64,000 bases of DNA, taken from Octopus vulgaris (taxonomy: Eukaryota). A program made the translations under genes and the position numbers. The DNA lies in assembly GCA_951406725.2 (NCBI GenBank), contig OX597823.1, positions 76,508,001-76,572,000 on the forward strand, read 5' to 3'. Under the pieces are notes generated by a model. That model was not told the DNA's origin and did no database searches. It worked only from the letters and a program-made list of their open reading frames with translations. Numbering within the stretch: position 1 is the first letter of the stretch; every line of letters starts with the position of its first letter. Below are positions 1 to 13,530 of this stretch, piece by piece.

Positions 1-117
1 GAAAAAGAAGAAACACAAAGAAACAATGTCCATTATATATTATAACATTACAGGGTTTTAAAAGCACTTTGGAATGATTGTTAATATTTGATTTTTCAAA
101 TACAACAAACAAATATT

Positions 118-310
<193 letters not shown>

Positions 311-620
311 TAAACATACAAGAAGAAATATCTAATTATTGTATATGGATGATTAAATTTAACACAAAATGAAATGGAATGAATTGAATAAGAACAATAA
401 TATAAATAAATAAATATTCATATGTACTTTATTATAGTGGTTGTATGAGAGATTTTGTGTACAGTTTTATATATGTGTCTGCATATACATATGCATGTAT
501 GTATGTGTGTATGTATGTATGTATGTATGTATATTTGTGTATGTTTGCATATGTAAATTTATGAATATACAGACACACTTCTATGTATGTAAACATATAT
601 ATATGTATATATATATGCAC

Positions 621-657
<37 letters not shown>

Positions 658-849
658 AGTATAACTGTGTGTATGTACACATGCATGTGTGTTTATGTGT
701 ACATATATATGTCTCTATGTATAAGCAATAGAAAGATGTCACAAAATAAGAAGTTACATAATTTCAAGAAGCACAGAAGTAAAACTATTTGTATGAACTA
801 AAAATATCATGAGATTATATCAAAGATATCTACTTCTGCATACATTTAT

Positions 850-905
<56 letters not shown>

Positions 906-1529
906 TCACGCACATACACACACAGTGTATGTATCTGCAATCATCATCACTGTAAGTTTGTTTTCCATGTTGGCACTGGCTGGACAAGTTGTTATAGTCC
1001 AAGTCAGCGCATATTCAAGAATAATGCTCGGCTTGATATGTTATCACACTTTTGAATCACAATTTTTGAGTTCCATTCTTTGGGCTTGGTTCTTAAGATT
1101 GGATGTCTTCATTAACATTAACTACTTTATAGTGTAATGCATGATTTTTTAGCACCAACATCAGAGAGGTGTTTTTCCTTCAAAATGATTAAAAAGTCTT
1201 CTCAAGCATACACTTTACTAACTTGTTGCATTTTCTCTATGCAAAACCTGCTCCTACTTGTTTGGATATGAACTCACCAGGAAGCTTCTGATTGAGCATA
1301 CAAAATGCTCAGTAAGTAGTCGACACCCATAGCTAGCAGTTGCATACTGTCCTTCTGTGCCAAATTGTGAAAGCTTGCCATAATGTTTAATCTAAACACA
1401 GTGAAATTCTTTAGGGGCATATATATGTTAAATGAACTGAGTGCATTTAATTTTTGTGGCAGCAGAATTATAGGAATAGACATGGTGAAGATATGTCCTC
1501 ACCATGACAAGGGATATGTTTTTACTTCA

Positions 1530-2320
1530 ACATAGCCCACTGCCCATGCCAGTGGGTGTAACCAGCCCACTTATGATTACCCCTCATTCATTAGACAATA
1601 AGCTTTGCTTGCGAAGACCTATTGAGGCAAGTGAAATCATAATCAAAATCAAAATTGCTAACAGGGCCAATGTCAGTACCACCTGATTGGCATTCATGCC
1701 AGTGGAATGTTAAAAGCACATCCAAGAGTGGTGTGTAACTAGTCCACTTATGAGTACCCTTCGTTCATTGGACAATAAGCTTTGCTTGCAATGACCTATT
1801 GAAGCAAGTGAAATCATAATCAAAATCAAAATTGCTGACGTGGCCAATGACTACCACCTGATTGGCACTCATGCCAGTGGAAATGTTAAAAGCATATCTG
1901 AGCATGATCGTTGCCAGGGTCACAGATTGGCTCCCATGCTGGTGGCATGTAAAAAGCACCATTTGTGCGTGATTGTTGTTAAAGTTGCCTTACCGGCACA
2001 TGTGCTGGTGGCATATGAAAAACATTTGAGTGTGGTCATTGCCAGTGCCGCCGGACTGGCTCCCATTCAGGTAGCATGTAAAAAACACTTTTTGAGTGTG
2101 GTCGTTGCCAGAACCACCTGACTGGCCCTCATGCCGGTGGCATGTAAAAGCACCCACTACACTCTTGGAGTGGTTAGTGTTAGGAAGGGCATCCAGCTGT
2201 AGAAACTTTGCCAGATCAGATTGAGCCTGATGCAGTCTTCTGGCTCACAGGTCTTCCGTCAAACCGTCCAACACATGCCAGCATAGAAAGCAGACGTTAA
2301 ACAACAATGATGATGATGAG
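1530..2320 (+). mobile_element. Repeat family C (GAT-tailed retroposon with internal tandem units), long copy
   Basis: Repeated GTGGCATGTAAAAAGCAC units, GGTTGGYGTTAGGAAGGGCATCCAGCTGTAGAAA and a 3' CCATGCCAGCATGGAAA..GACGTTAAAC(GAT)n end. Confidence 0.75.
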
Positions 2321-3708
2321 GATCTCTTCTCACTCACAAATCTTACGTTTTTAGATACTGAAAGACATGAGATAGAGGTATGAATGACTGGGCATGAATA
2401 ATAGTGGTGAGTCATAAGAGAGATGTGTGATAGGGAAGTGAGTGACAGGATCTTCTGAGACAAGTGTACACATTTAGGCTAATGTAACCTTGAATAAAAC
2501 TATGACAGAAGGTAGCATGACCTAGGAGATAAAATAAGGTCAAGAGCTACGATGTGTGTGTGTGTGTGGGAAGAAGCATAAGTGCAACGGCAAAGTTAAT
2601 GAGCTGGGGATTAGCTATGCAGGAGGGGAGGGTAAAAGTAATTTGAAAGTGAAAGTAAATCTGTTTAATATGGTTTCTTGTAAATAGACTCTTAGATGAA
2701 CATGATAGCTGGAGTGATGGGAATTACAGTAATGTGATAGAATAGATAGGTCAGTACTAGTTGAAAGTACAAATGAGCTAAGATTGAGCAATAAAGATAA
2801 GAGTGAAAAGAAAGTGAGTGAGAGGGAGATGAGAGATTGTCAAGGTACTATTAATACCTTCCCTGCTGACTACTCATTCAGCCAAAGAATAGCAATGATT
2901 ATCTAAATCTGAGGTCAGAGTTGTTTACAAGATGTATGCATCTAGATAAATTTTTATTATCAAATTGAAGGACAACCCCATCCTCACTAGCTTAGACACA
3001 CATTAGCCTTTCTCCTACTCAGATTCCCTTGTGAGCCGTGGTTTTGTAATATTCACAAAGCCATGCCTTACACATGGAAGATCTACAAGCTCATTATTAA
3101 CACTTATATATTTCCAAAGATAAAAGATATTATATCACAGAATAAATGTTTAACTACACTGCCTCAGCCTATCTGGATATGAACTACACAGCCTTTAAGT
3201 ACGTGTGTAATTATCAAATTTAATACCAATATAATGAAAATTTATGTCTGTTCCTACAATAGTTATAAAATCATTTTATGTATAAGAAGAAACCACTTCA
3301 GAACTCTGAAACATCAACCTCTGAGTTTACTTGAATTTGGGCCAAAAATTTTCCAATTCATTCCGTTTTTTTTTCTTTTTTTAAGATTATGACTATTATT
3401 ATATTTCAAAATAAAATATTTACCTGACATGTTTAATTTATTTCAAGTATAGAGCTACTTAAAGTTATGTGTTATACAATCAAAATATGTCATAATTAAT
3501 TTCAGGTGTTGATAAAAGACAGAAGCCTTATGGGATAGATATTTCTGTCTTGCACACACATGACTGTGTGGTTTAAAAGTTCAATTCAAATTTCACTTTA
3601 CAAATTCCTGGTTTTCAGTTCAGTTCCATTGTGCAGCACATTGCACAGTTGTCCAAGACCTTATTGGTGGAACTAATAAATGGAAATGGAAAGAAGACCA
3701 TCTATATA

Positions 3709-4592
3709 TGAGGTCTGATCAATAAACATCCAGACTGTTGCTACAGTAACGAAGCTAAAGCATACAGAGTGAAGCCAGTTGGTACAGAATGACCTTGGAG
3801 TCTGCTGTGCATGTGCACTAAGTTTTAACTTTCTAGCTCACTTTCATTGTTTACAGCGGTGCTTGGAAGGAATGTGTGTAGCATGTGATCATCACCTTGA
3901 CTATGACAGAGAAAGTTGTCATGGTGATACCTACGCAAAGTTGCTGAAAGTCTATAGCGAGGAGTGTATGAGCCACACACGAGTGTATGAGTGGTTGAGA
4001 TGTTTCCAAGATGGCTGAAAAAATGTTGATATTGATGAACGTTCTGGGGGACTGGCAACCAGCAGAACTGAGAAACGCGTCGCAGATGTGCATGCAGCTG
4101 AGAGAGGAAATAGTCGAATCACCATCGGTGAGTTATCAGAGGATGTGCAGATTAGTTACGGTTCAGTTCAGTCCATTATCACTGAAGATTTGGCTATGAG
4201 ACACATGTCTGACAAGTTTGTGCCAAAACTGCTTTCAGCTGACCAAATTGACACTCGGGTTTCAGTCACACAAAATCTCCTTAATAGTGTCAAACATGAT
4301 GAAAACTTCTTTGAAAACTTTGTGTTGGCCTCATAGCAGGTATCGCCAAGCTTTTGACAAAATTTGATGCAGATTCTCTGCTCAAATTTCTTAATCATGG
4401 TCAATGTGACAATCACACGCTACACACCTTTCTTCCAAGCACTGCTATAAACAACAGAAGTAAGCTAGAATGTTAAAACTTACTGTACTTGCACAACAGC
4501 ATTCAAGGTTAATCTGTGCCAAGTGGCTTCACTTCATGTGCTTTAGCTTCATTACTATGGCCACTGTCCGGATAATTATTGATCAAACCATG
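3709..4592 (+). mobile_element. Non-autonomous mariner derivative with long inverted ends
   Basis: TA on both sides, with ends GAGGTCTGATCAATAA / TTATTGATCAAACC and inverted similarity over about 200 bp. The plus strand carries decayed transposase N-terminal/HTH sequence (VYEWLRCFQDG...RITIGELSEDVQISYGSVQSIITEDLAMRHMSDKFVPKLL). Confidence 0.85.
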
Positions 4593-4694
4593 TATAAATA
4601 AAAATGTGGATGGATGTATGGGTGCACATATATGCTTGTGTCAGTGCATGTGTATGACATTGCATGTGTGTGTGTTTGTGTTTCTTTCTACAGT

Positions 4695-5110
4695 TACTCT
4701 TTTACTCTTTTACTTGTTTCAGTCATTTGACTGTGGCCACGCTGGAGTACTGCCTTTTAATTGAGCAAATCGACCCCAGGACTTATTCTTTGTAAGCCTA
4801 GTACTTATTCTATCAGTCTCTTTTGCCAAACTGCTAAGTTACGGGGACATAAACACACCACCATCGGTTGTCAAGCGATGTTGTGGGGACAAACACAGAC
4901 ACACAAACATACACATACACATACATATATATATATATATATACATATATACGATGGGCTTCCTTCAGTTGCTGGCTACCAAATCCACTCACAAGGCTTT
5001 ATTTGGCCTGAGGCTATATTAGAAGACACTTGCCCAAGGGGCCACACAGTGGGAATGAACCCGGAACCATATGGTTTGCAAGCAAGCTACTTACCACACA
5101 GCCACTCTTA
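4695..5110 (-). mobile_element. SINE family A
   Basis: Reverse complement of the 28400-28820 consensus. Confidence 0.82.
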
Positions 5111-5169
5111 GGCTGTTATATGTAGGTAGTAGTTTTTCTATTTAACCATCCTTTCATGTCCAAATCTGT

Positions 5170-5500
5170 GTGAAGGTGCATGGCTTAAAGTATAGAAGTA
5201 TTCAGTTCATGATCATAAGATCATTAGTTCAATTCCTGGCAGTGCTTTGTACCCTTCAGCAAGACCCTTTATTTCCCACTGTTCCAGTCTATTCAACTGG
5301 CAAAAATGAGTTGTACCTTCATTTCAAAGGGCCAGCCTTATCACATTCTGTGTCACACTGAATCTCCCTGAGAACTACATTAAGGGTAGGCATGTCTGTG
5401 GAGTGCTCAGCCACATACACTTTAATTTCACAAGCAGGCTGTTCTGTTGATCGGATCTACTGGAACTCTTATCTCTGTAACTGATGGGGTGCCAGTGAAG
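5170..5500 (+). mobile_element. tRNA-derived SINE (diverged)
   Basis: GAAGGTGCATGGCT head, a degenerate B-box and a CCAGTC..TCAACTGGCAAAAATGA segment shared with 50434. Confidence 0.55.
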
Positions 5501-5747
5501 TGAAAGATTCCCTCAGGTGAAAGGCAGAATGGGAATCCAGTAGTAAACAATGTTTCAATAGTGTATTAATCAAACCAATGCAAGCAGGGAAAAACATATG
5601 TAAAAATGAACAAACAAAAGAACGTGTGCATATGTGTAGGTGATATATAGATAGATAAACTGACATATAGACAGACAGATACATACATACATACATACAT
5701 ACATACATACATACATACATACATACATACATACATACATACATACT

Positions 5748-6182
5748 TGGGACAGAGGGGTAAAGGTATGAGCCATCATAGAGGTCAGCTGCCCAGCAGA
5801 TATAAATATCTCCTTGGAAATCAAAGAAAAAGAGGATATCTATGGACAACTGCTTTGAAACCTTCAGCTTCTATATTCAAACTATACATTCATATTCATA
5901 CCAATAATAATTGGAGCACTAGGTTTTCTAAGTAAATGCTTAAAAGAGAATCTGGATAAACTGGGATTTTCAGAAAGAGAAATCAACTGGCTAATTCGTA
6001 CATTACAAGTGCAATCTGTGAGTGGAACAGTAAAAATATGCAAGACTTTTCTCAAGTTCCACATGTCAATTTGTCTGTGTTAACTACATCCCAAAGATGG
6101 AGCCTTGTATCTTTGTTGGAAACCAACTCCCACCTCAGTGGAAGACATATAATAATTAAAAAATAGAAGAGACACATACATA
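5748..6182 (+). mobile_element. 5'-truncated R4/Dong-like non-LTR retrotransposon (restriction-like endonuclease C-terminus + 3' UTR)
   Basis: Translation WDR....AIIEVSCPADINISLEIKEKEDIYGQLL*NLQLLYSNYTFIFIPIIIGALG...GTVKICKTFLKF fits the RLE E-x-S-C-P / EK..Y / IIGALG pattern. Starts at the end of an (ACAT)n tract and ends in ACATACATA. Confidence 0.75.
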
Positions 6183-6189
6183 TCACCAT

Positions 6190-6430
6190 CCAAATGTCGC
6201 CGATGCCAGTGCTGCTTGACTGGTTCCCATGCCACTAGCATGTAAAAAGTACCCACTACACTCTTGGAGTGGTTGGTGTTAAGTAGGGCATCCAGCTATA
6301 GAAATATTGCCAGATCAGATTGGAGCCTGGTGAGGCCACATGGCTTGCCAGTCCCCAGTCAAACCTTCCAACCCATGCCAGCATGCAAAACGGACGTTAA
6401 ACGATGATGATGATGATGATGATGATGATG
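6190..6430 (+). mobile_element. Repeat family C, 5'-truncated
   Basis: Family C 3' end with (GAT)n tail. Confidence 0.75.
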
Positions 6431-7204
6431 TGCTCAACTAAAATCTATTGAGTAATCCATCAATTTAATTTTAAATTGCTTTTAAATGTAAACTCAACAT
6501 TAAAAATAAACATTAATACACAAACACACACGTATACACATGTATGAACACATAGGTGTATAACAAGACAGAGGAAACGGTACTCAAAGACCAAAGGCAG
6601 AGTGAAAGGTAATGCTTTATTGAAGCTGAAAAACTTCACAAACAGTTACTCCAGTTTCACAAAATCAATCATCAGAAATAAGTGAACTTTGGAACAATAC
6701 AATGGTTAATAAATGGTGCAGTGATAATTATTTGGTAAAACATCAAATAAATATTTAAAGCTGATTGCACAAGGAGTTATGACTTTTCAAAATTAGTGGA
6801 ATCTATAGGATAATACAAATGACCGTTGCTGTAAAACAATATAAACATGCAAAAGGGGTAAAATAAGTTGAATAAAACCAAATAAAATGAATTACATTGT
6901 GTTGGTACAAAGGTGATTGTTATAATATTCACAGTAAAGGAAAAATTTCAAACAAAATTCGTTTTAGTAATTAAGAATTTAAGGAAAATAAACAGAACAC
7001 GTCGTAATAATTTTTGAAATTGAACTAAGGGTAAAAGTGTATTAAATAAATAAATATGTTTGTTGTGGTGAAAAGGAAATAAATGAGAGTTTGTGTAAGG
7101 CGAAGGAAAGGAAAAAGATGAAGTAATGTGAGAAGAAAGAGTGAAAGAGAAGTGAAAGCTATAATACACGCCATTAGCTACTTTGATTGTTTCTATGTAA
7201 TATC

Positions 7205-7627
7205 TTTTTTCTTTTATCTTTTATTTGTTTCAGTCCATAGATCCTGGCCATGCTGGGGCATTGCCTTGAGGAATTATTTAGTGAAATGAATCGACCCCGG
7301 TATTTATTTATCTTTTTTAAAGCCTGGTACGTATTCTATTGGTCTCTTTTGCCAAACTGCTAAGTTAAAAGGGCATAAATACACCTGTGCCAACTGTCAA
7401 GCGGTGGTAGGAGTTAAATACAGGCACAACAACAACAACAACACACACACTTGTGCACACACACACACATATGATGGCTTTCTTTCAGTTTCAGTTTCTG
7501 TATTAAATTCACTCACAAGGCTCTGGCTGGCCTGAGGCTACAGTAGAAGACACTTGCCTAAGATGCCACACAGTGAGAGTGAGTGAACAGGAACCATGTG
7601 GTTGGGAAGCAAGCTTCTTACCACACA
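7205..7627 (-). mobile_element. SINE family A (diverged)
   Basis: Reverse complement of the family A consensus. Confidence 0.72.
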
Positions 7628-7745
7628 TCATCATCATCTTCATCATCACCACAAATCATCATCATCATCGTCATCATCACCATTACCATCGTTTAATGCC
7701 CAGTTTCCATGCTAGCATAGGTTGGACAGCTTGACAGAAACTGGC

Positions 7746-7978
7746 AAGGCGGCAAGCTGGCACAAACATTAGCACGCTGGGCAAAATGCTTAGCGGTATT
7801 TCGTCTGCCGTTACATTCTGAGTTCAAATTCTGCCGAGGTCGACTTTGCTTTTCATCCTTTTGGGGTCGATAAATTAAGTACCAGTTATGCACTGGGGTC
7901 GATGTAAATCGACTTAATCTCTTTGTCTGTCCTTGTTTGTCCCCTCTATGTTTAGCCCCTTGTAGGCAATAAAGAAGT
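7746..7978 (+). mobile_element. SINE family B nested in a SINE C
   Basis: Family B sequence with a degenerate TSD AGAA(A/G)CTGG. Confidence 0.8.
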
Positions 7979-9289
7979 AAGAAGCTGGTAAAGCAAGAGG
8001 CTACACCAGGTACCATAGTCTGTTTTGGCTTGGTTTCCACAGTAGAATTTAAAATATGTATGTTTCTGAATGAAGCATTGGTCATGTATGGAGTGGTAAT
8101 AACAAAAAGATGACAAACGAATAAATAATTGATTTATGAACTTCATAAGCTTACAGATGTTTCTGCTATAAAATGCAGTGGAAGTGTAGTTGAGCTCCTG
8201 AGTAACTCATTACAGCTTGCATCTTATATTGGAAAGAGCTGTAGGCTAAGGAAGTTTATAAGATAATCATTCAGTCCTTTGTCATCTCTTTACAGTTATA
8301 TATATGTGTGTATGTATATATATCTGTATATGTGTATAAATGTGTATATATGCATGCAGAGAAATTACTAAAATTTGCCCTGTTTATAATTATACCATAT
8401 GTTACATATATATTACATCATACCTTGATACTATCTGGACTAAGATCCCCATTGACAGACCACTGGTAGTTATAGTGTTAAACACTTTCAGTATGCAAAT
8501 TAGGGACTCCTTCATAGAAAAACTGCTGCATTTGTTGAGTATATGAACAGTTTGGCCACTTGTCTCTCTCTGGAGACTATCAGAATGATGTAGACACCTC
8601 TGATGAGAAACTAACAGGGTTAAAAAATCGATTAAGGTTGTTCAACATTTTTATTCAGTCTGTGGAGAAATGGCTAAAATTTACCCTGTTTATAATTATA
8701 CCATATGTTACATATATATATATGTGTATGTTTGTGTGTAAGAAGAAGGGTAATAGGAGTGACTAGAAAGCATGAGGAATAAGGTAAAAAGAGAAAGATC
8801 TCTTCTGAAACAGGATAAAATACTCCTTAATGAACCTAACGAGCATTTTTTGTTGAATGGTAGTAGAACCCATGTCTGTATGGGCTTGCTCTAAGATTGA
8901 CCGAAGAATTCAGAAACAAATCAAATCAACTTCTTTTCATTACCATCCATGTTCAGATAAGCTCACTGAGGATCTGCCCAGTGAGTATTTAAAAGAATTT
9001 TAGTGCTGGTAAAATCTCATCTTGAAGTTGCTTTCTGTTGCACCAGTTTAAATTTTGCATATAGGCTATAACCAACTTGGACTTCAGTTCCATGTCTTAC
9101 ATCTTTGCTTAAGCAATAATCATTAAGGTGTCGGAGAAGCAGTTACTAGCATTTACACTATTACATTTAAGATTATTTCCATTTTCATTTGTTTTAACAA
9201 GTCTTTACACAACATGTAGGTTAACCAAAGAGGCAAAATTTTGAAGTTTTAAATATCCTTTATATATCTTTATATATCCAAACATAATC

Positions 9290-9592
9290 GATGCCCCTCC
9301 CACCCACCGCCTCAACTGGCTGCTGTGCTGGTGGCATGTGAAAAGCACCATTCAAATGTGGCTGATGCCAGTGCTGCTTGACTAGCTTCTGTGCCGGTGG
9401 AATGTAAAAAGCACCCACTACACTCTCAGAGTGGTTGGTGTTAGGAACGGCATCCAGCTGTAGAAAACTTGCCAGATCAGAATAGAGCCTGGTGCAGCCA
9501 CCTGGTTTGCCAGTTCCCAAGCAAACTGTCCAACCCATGCCAGCATGGAAAACGGACGTTAAACAACAATGATGATGATGATGATGATGATG
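9290..9592 (+). mobile_element. Repeat family C, 5'-truncated
   Basis: Family C 3' end with (GAT)n tail. Confidence 0.78.
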
Positions 9593-10761
9593 TGCTCCCT
9601 GGAAAAGTATTTAGATACTAAGTTCAAGAATTCCTTACCTACATTAGTTTTGACATTTATATTGAATATTGGATTGAACAATGAGGCCTTTCTGATCCTA
9701 GTTCAGGGAGATCTCCTGGGATCAATTCAATTTCTCACATGATATGAGTATATTGGTTTCAAATTTTTGTATGAGGCCAGCAGATTTGAGGGAGGATTGA
9801 AGATGACTATATTGACTCCAGCATTCAACTGATACTTATTTTATAAACGCTGATAGGATGAAATGCAAAGCTGGCTTCAGTGGAATTTGAACTCAGAATG
9901 TAAAGATGGAAGAAATGTTGCTAAGCATTTCGCCCAGCATGTTAACAATTCTGCCACATCACCACCTTATAACGCATGTATATTAAATATGCAATACTGT
10001 GTGGTTAAGAAATTCGTTTTGCAATGACATGGCTTGGTTTTTTATGTCGCTGTTAGACATATGAGCCGGTGTGTTTTTTTTTTGTTTTTTTTGCTATAGC
10101 CCTTATCTGGGTAATGCTAGGTTTGTGAAATTTGGTCATCAGAAACTGTGCAGAAGTCCGTTATATATGTGGATACTTAACATAGTGTGCCTTGTCATGT
10201 GTATGCCTTCATATGGACACTCATTCAATGTCAGTGATGTATTTATGTCTCTCATAAACATAAGAGCTGGCAGCAATGTGATATGGAAAGATGTGGAATA
10301 AAAGTACTTTTTACCTGTAAAGGAAATAATGGTTGGTATCAAGAAAGTCATTCAGCCTTAGGACACTGCATCAATAAGCCTTGTCCGTCCCATGATAGAT
10401 TGGAAAACAAAAGCATAAAAACAGATGGTGGGGATGAGGATGACATGGACAATAATATCTTATTAAAACAAAAATATATATATATATACACATATAATAA
10501 ATAAAACATACATATATATATATAAATATATTATAATATATTATATTGTATTGTATTATATATATTATATTCCCACATGTATATGTGTGTAGGTGTGTAT
10601 GTAGTTATATATTCATGTATATTCTATTCTTGCACGAATATACATTATCACACCCTATCCTTTATAACCATGTACTTCTATATCATTATTGGATTTTATG
10701 TAATTATGGTTCTGACTCACTCTCACATGCTCTTTCTCTCTTCCTCTCTTTCACTTTTTAC

Positions 10762-10799
<38 letters not shown>

Positions 10800-11949
10800 T
10801 GTATATGTATATGTGTGCGTGTGTGAGTGTTTGTGCATATAAATTTATATGAAGATGCATATACATACATAGATATGTGTATGCATGTATACAAACGAAT
10901 ATGTTTACACAAGCACATATGCACTCTTGAAAACATACACAGACAGACACATACTCATGCACACATACATTCTATAGTGAATGTATTGAAATTACCTGTT
11001 TATATTGCCACCTGAATAGATTTTCACATACAGTTATCTTTCTATAGGAGTTATGAGCGATTTTCAAGTCTATATTGGATTGTGTAACTATAAATGCAAT
11101 AAGCCTTCCTCCATTTTATAAAGCACATATATTTAATCTTGCTAACTTATCTTCCAGATTTATTCAATAAAGAAAGCTTTCTCAAGAAATTGCTTCCCCC
11201 AAGTGCCAGATAACCAATTTGGTTTGGTTTACTTCGGTTTTGTTCGCTTTGGTTTGGTTTGCATTGGTTTGGTTTGCTTTGGTTTGGTCTGATTTGGAAT
11301 TCCTTCAATTAAGATCTGTTTTGGCAGCTGTTGTTTTAATAAGACTAATCAGTCTTAACATAAAAGAATATTCAAGAAAGATGTTCGTTTCATTAACAAG
11401 AATCGATTTGTCGATTCGTTGAAAGAAATCAGGGAAAAATATTCTATAATTTCACACTAAATAAAGAATTTGTATTTCAAATGAATTCAAAACACATTTC
11501 GAAGTATATCAATGCAATAGAATTTCTCCAAAGAGTTCACACTCAAAAGATTTTGTATAGATATGAATATATTTGCTTTCACTAGAATAACTTCAGGGCC
11601 ATACTTCAGAATAGCACATAAAACATTCCTTTGCTAGAGAACCAATATCCACTTGAATGGGTAAAGCTGACAATAACTCTCTTAGGTAATATCCTGTATT
11701 AGCATCACATGTATTTATTTATTGAATATTCAATTATTTATGTATAGTTTTTCTTGGTTTATATTTACTTTTTCCCTTTATTTACTTATTTATTTCATAT
11801 TCCTCCCTTCCTTATTTTTCCCTCATTCAAATCAAATAGACACATTTTAAATGATTTATCTTTGAAAGATTGTCAAACATTTGAAATTGATAACTAAAAA
11901 TAAGAACAGCAAACCTATCCTTTTCATTGGTAATTTTTATTTTTACGCT

Positions 11950-11994
11950 TATCATTATTATTATTATTATTATTATTACTATTATTATTATTAT

Positions 11995-12050
<56 letters not shown>

Positions 12051-12056
12051 TTGTTA

Positions 12057-12105
<49 letters not shown>

Positions 12106-12130
12106 CATCATCATTATTATTATAATTATT

Positions 12131-12168
<38 letters not shown>

Positions 12169-12170
12169 GT
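11950..12170. repeat. (ATT)n(AGT)n microsatellite
   Basis: Read directly from the sequence. Confidence 0.95.
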
Positions 12171-12588
12171 TTTTAATCATCATTGCCATTTTATTGGGTT
12201 AAATTAATAGCTGTTGCATTCCCTGGTTTTCGAATGCTATGTTACTTCATTGTTTTACATCGTAAGAAACAGAAAGTTATCTCTCTTTCATTTAAATATA
12301 TTACTATGTTGAAGACACCACATATCTTTCTGAAACCATATTTGGTGGAAAGAGAAGAAAATTGCTGAGTACTATCAAATAGTTACAAGTATGTTTTTTT
12401 CCTCCAGTGATATCAACAGCAATATCTGAGCCCAAATATAATGAGTAAGACACCACACTGTTACATCAAACACTCTGAAACAAATATATTTGAAACTTGT
12501 TTTGCTCAACTTATTCCTGTATGAAAGGATTGATTATAATTAATCAATGAAAATTAATTTGCATAAATCACATGAATAAAGTTGGCAG

Positions 12589-12591
<3 letters not shown>

Positions 12592-12623
<32 letters not shown>

Positions 12624-12970
12624 GTTTAATGTCTGCTTTCCATGCTGGCATGGGTTGGACGGTTTGACTGAGGACTGGTGATTCAGATGGCTGCACCAGG
12701 CTCCAATTTGATCTGGCAGGGTTTCTACAGCTGGAAGCCCTTCCTAACACCAACCACTCTAGAGTGTAGTGGGTGTTTTTATGTGCCACCGGCATGAGGG
12801 CCAGTCAGTCGGAACTGGCAACAATCCCACTCAAATGGTGTTTTTATGTGCCACCTGCACAGGAGCCAGTTCAGTGGCACTGGCAATGACTTCGTTCGAA
12901 TGTTGTTTTTCATGTGCCACCAGCACAAGTGTCAGTAAGGCGACACTGGTAACGATCATACTCGGATGTC
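12592..12970 (-). mobile_element. Repeat family C
   Basis: (CAT)n followed by the reverse complement of family C. Confidence 0.78.
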
Positions 12971-13314
12971 ACACTGTGGGATTGAACCTGGAACCAAACA
13001 TTTTACCCCACAGCCACGCCTGCCCCATACCCAATATGTACCTGTTAAATCTATATTGGTTGCCTCCCTTACATCATCAATATCCTCTCTTCACTCTATA
13101 TTCATCCTTCTATCACTCACCCTTTCTCATACTCTCTATATTCTGCTGCTTGTGTAACTGAGGATGGCTGTGGATCCCTCTTTTCCACTGTGCAATTCCA
13201 CATATAGCAGAATAGTGCAAGAACATGTATACATACACATACACACAAACACTTATAAACCTGAGTTTCATATTTCCACATTGGCAAGACTAAAATTTGT
13301 ATTCAGATTATGTG

Positions 13315-13530
13315 AGGTGTGGCTGTTGCCAGTACCACCTGACTGGTCCTCATGCTGGTGGCATATAAAAGCACCCACTATTCTCTCAGAATGGTTGGCA
13401 TTAGGAAGGGCAGCCCACTCTAGAAACTCTGCCAGATCAGATTGGAGCCTGGTGCAGCCATCTGGTTTGCCAGTCCTCAGTCAAATCATCCAACCCATGG
13501 AAAGTGGACGTTAAACAATGATGATGATGA
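13315..13530 (+). mobile_element. Repeat family C, 5'-truncated
   Basis: Family C 3' end with (GAT)n tail. Confidence 0.75.
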
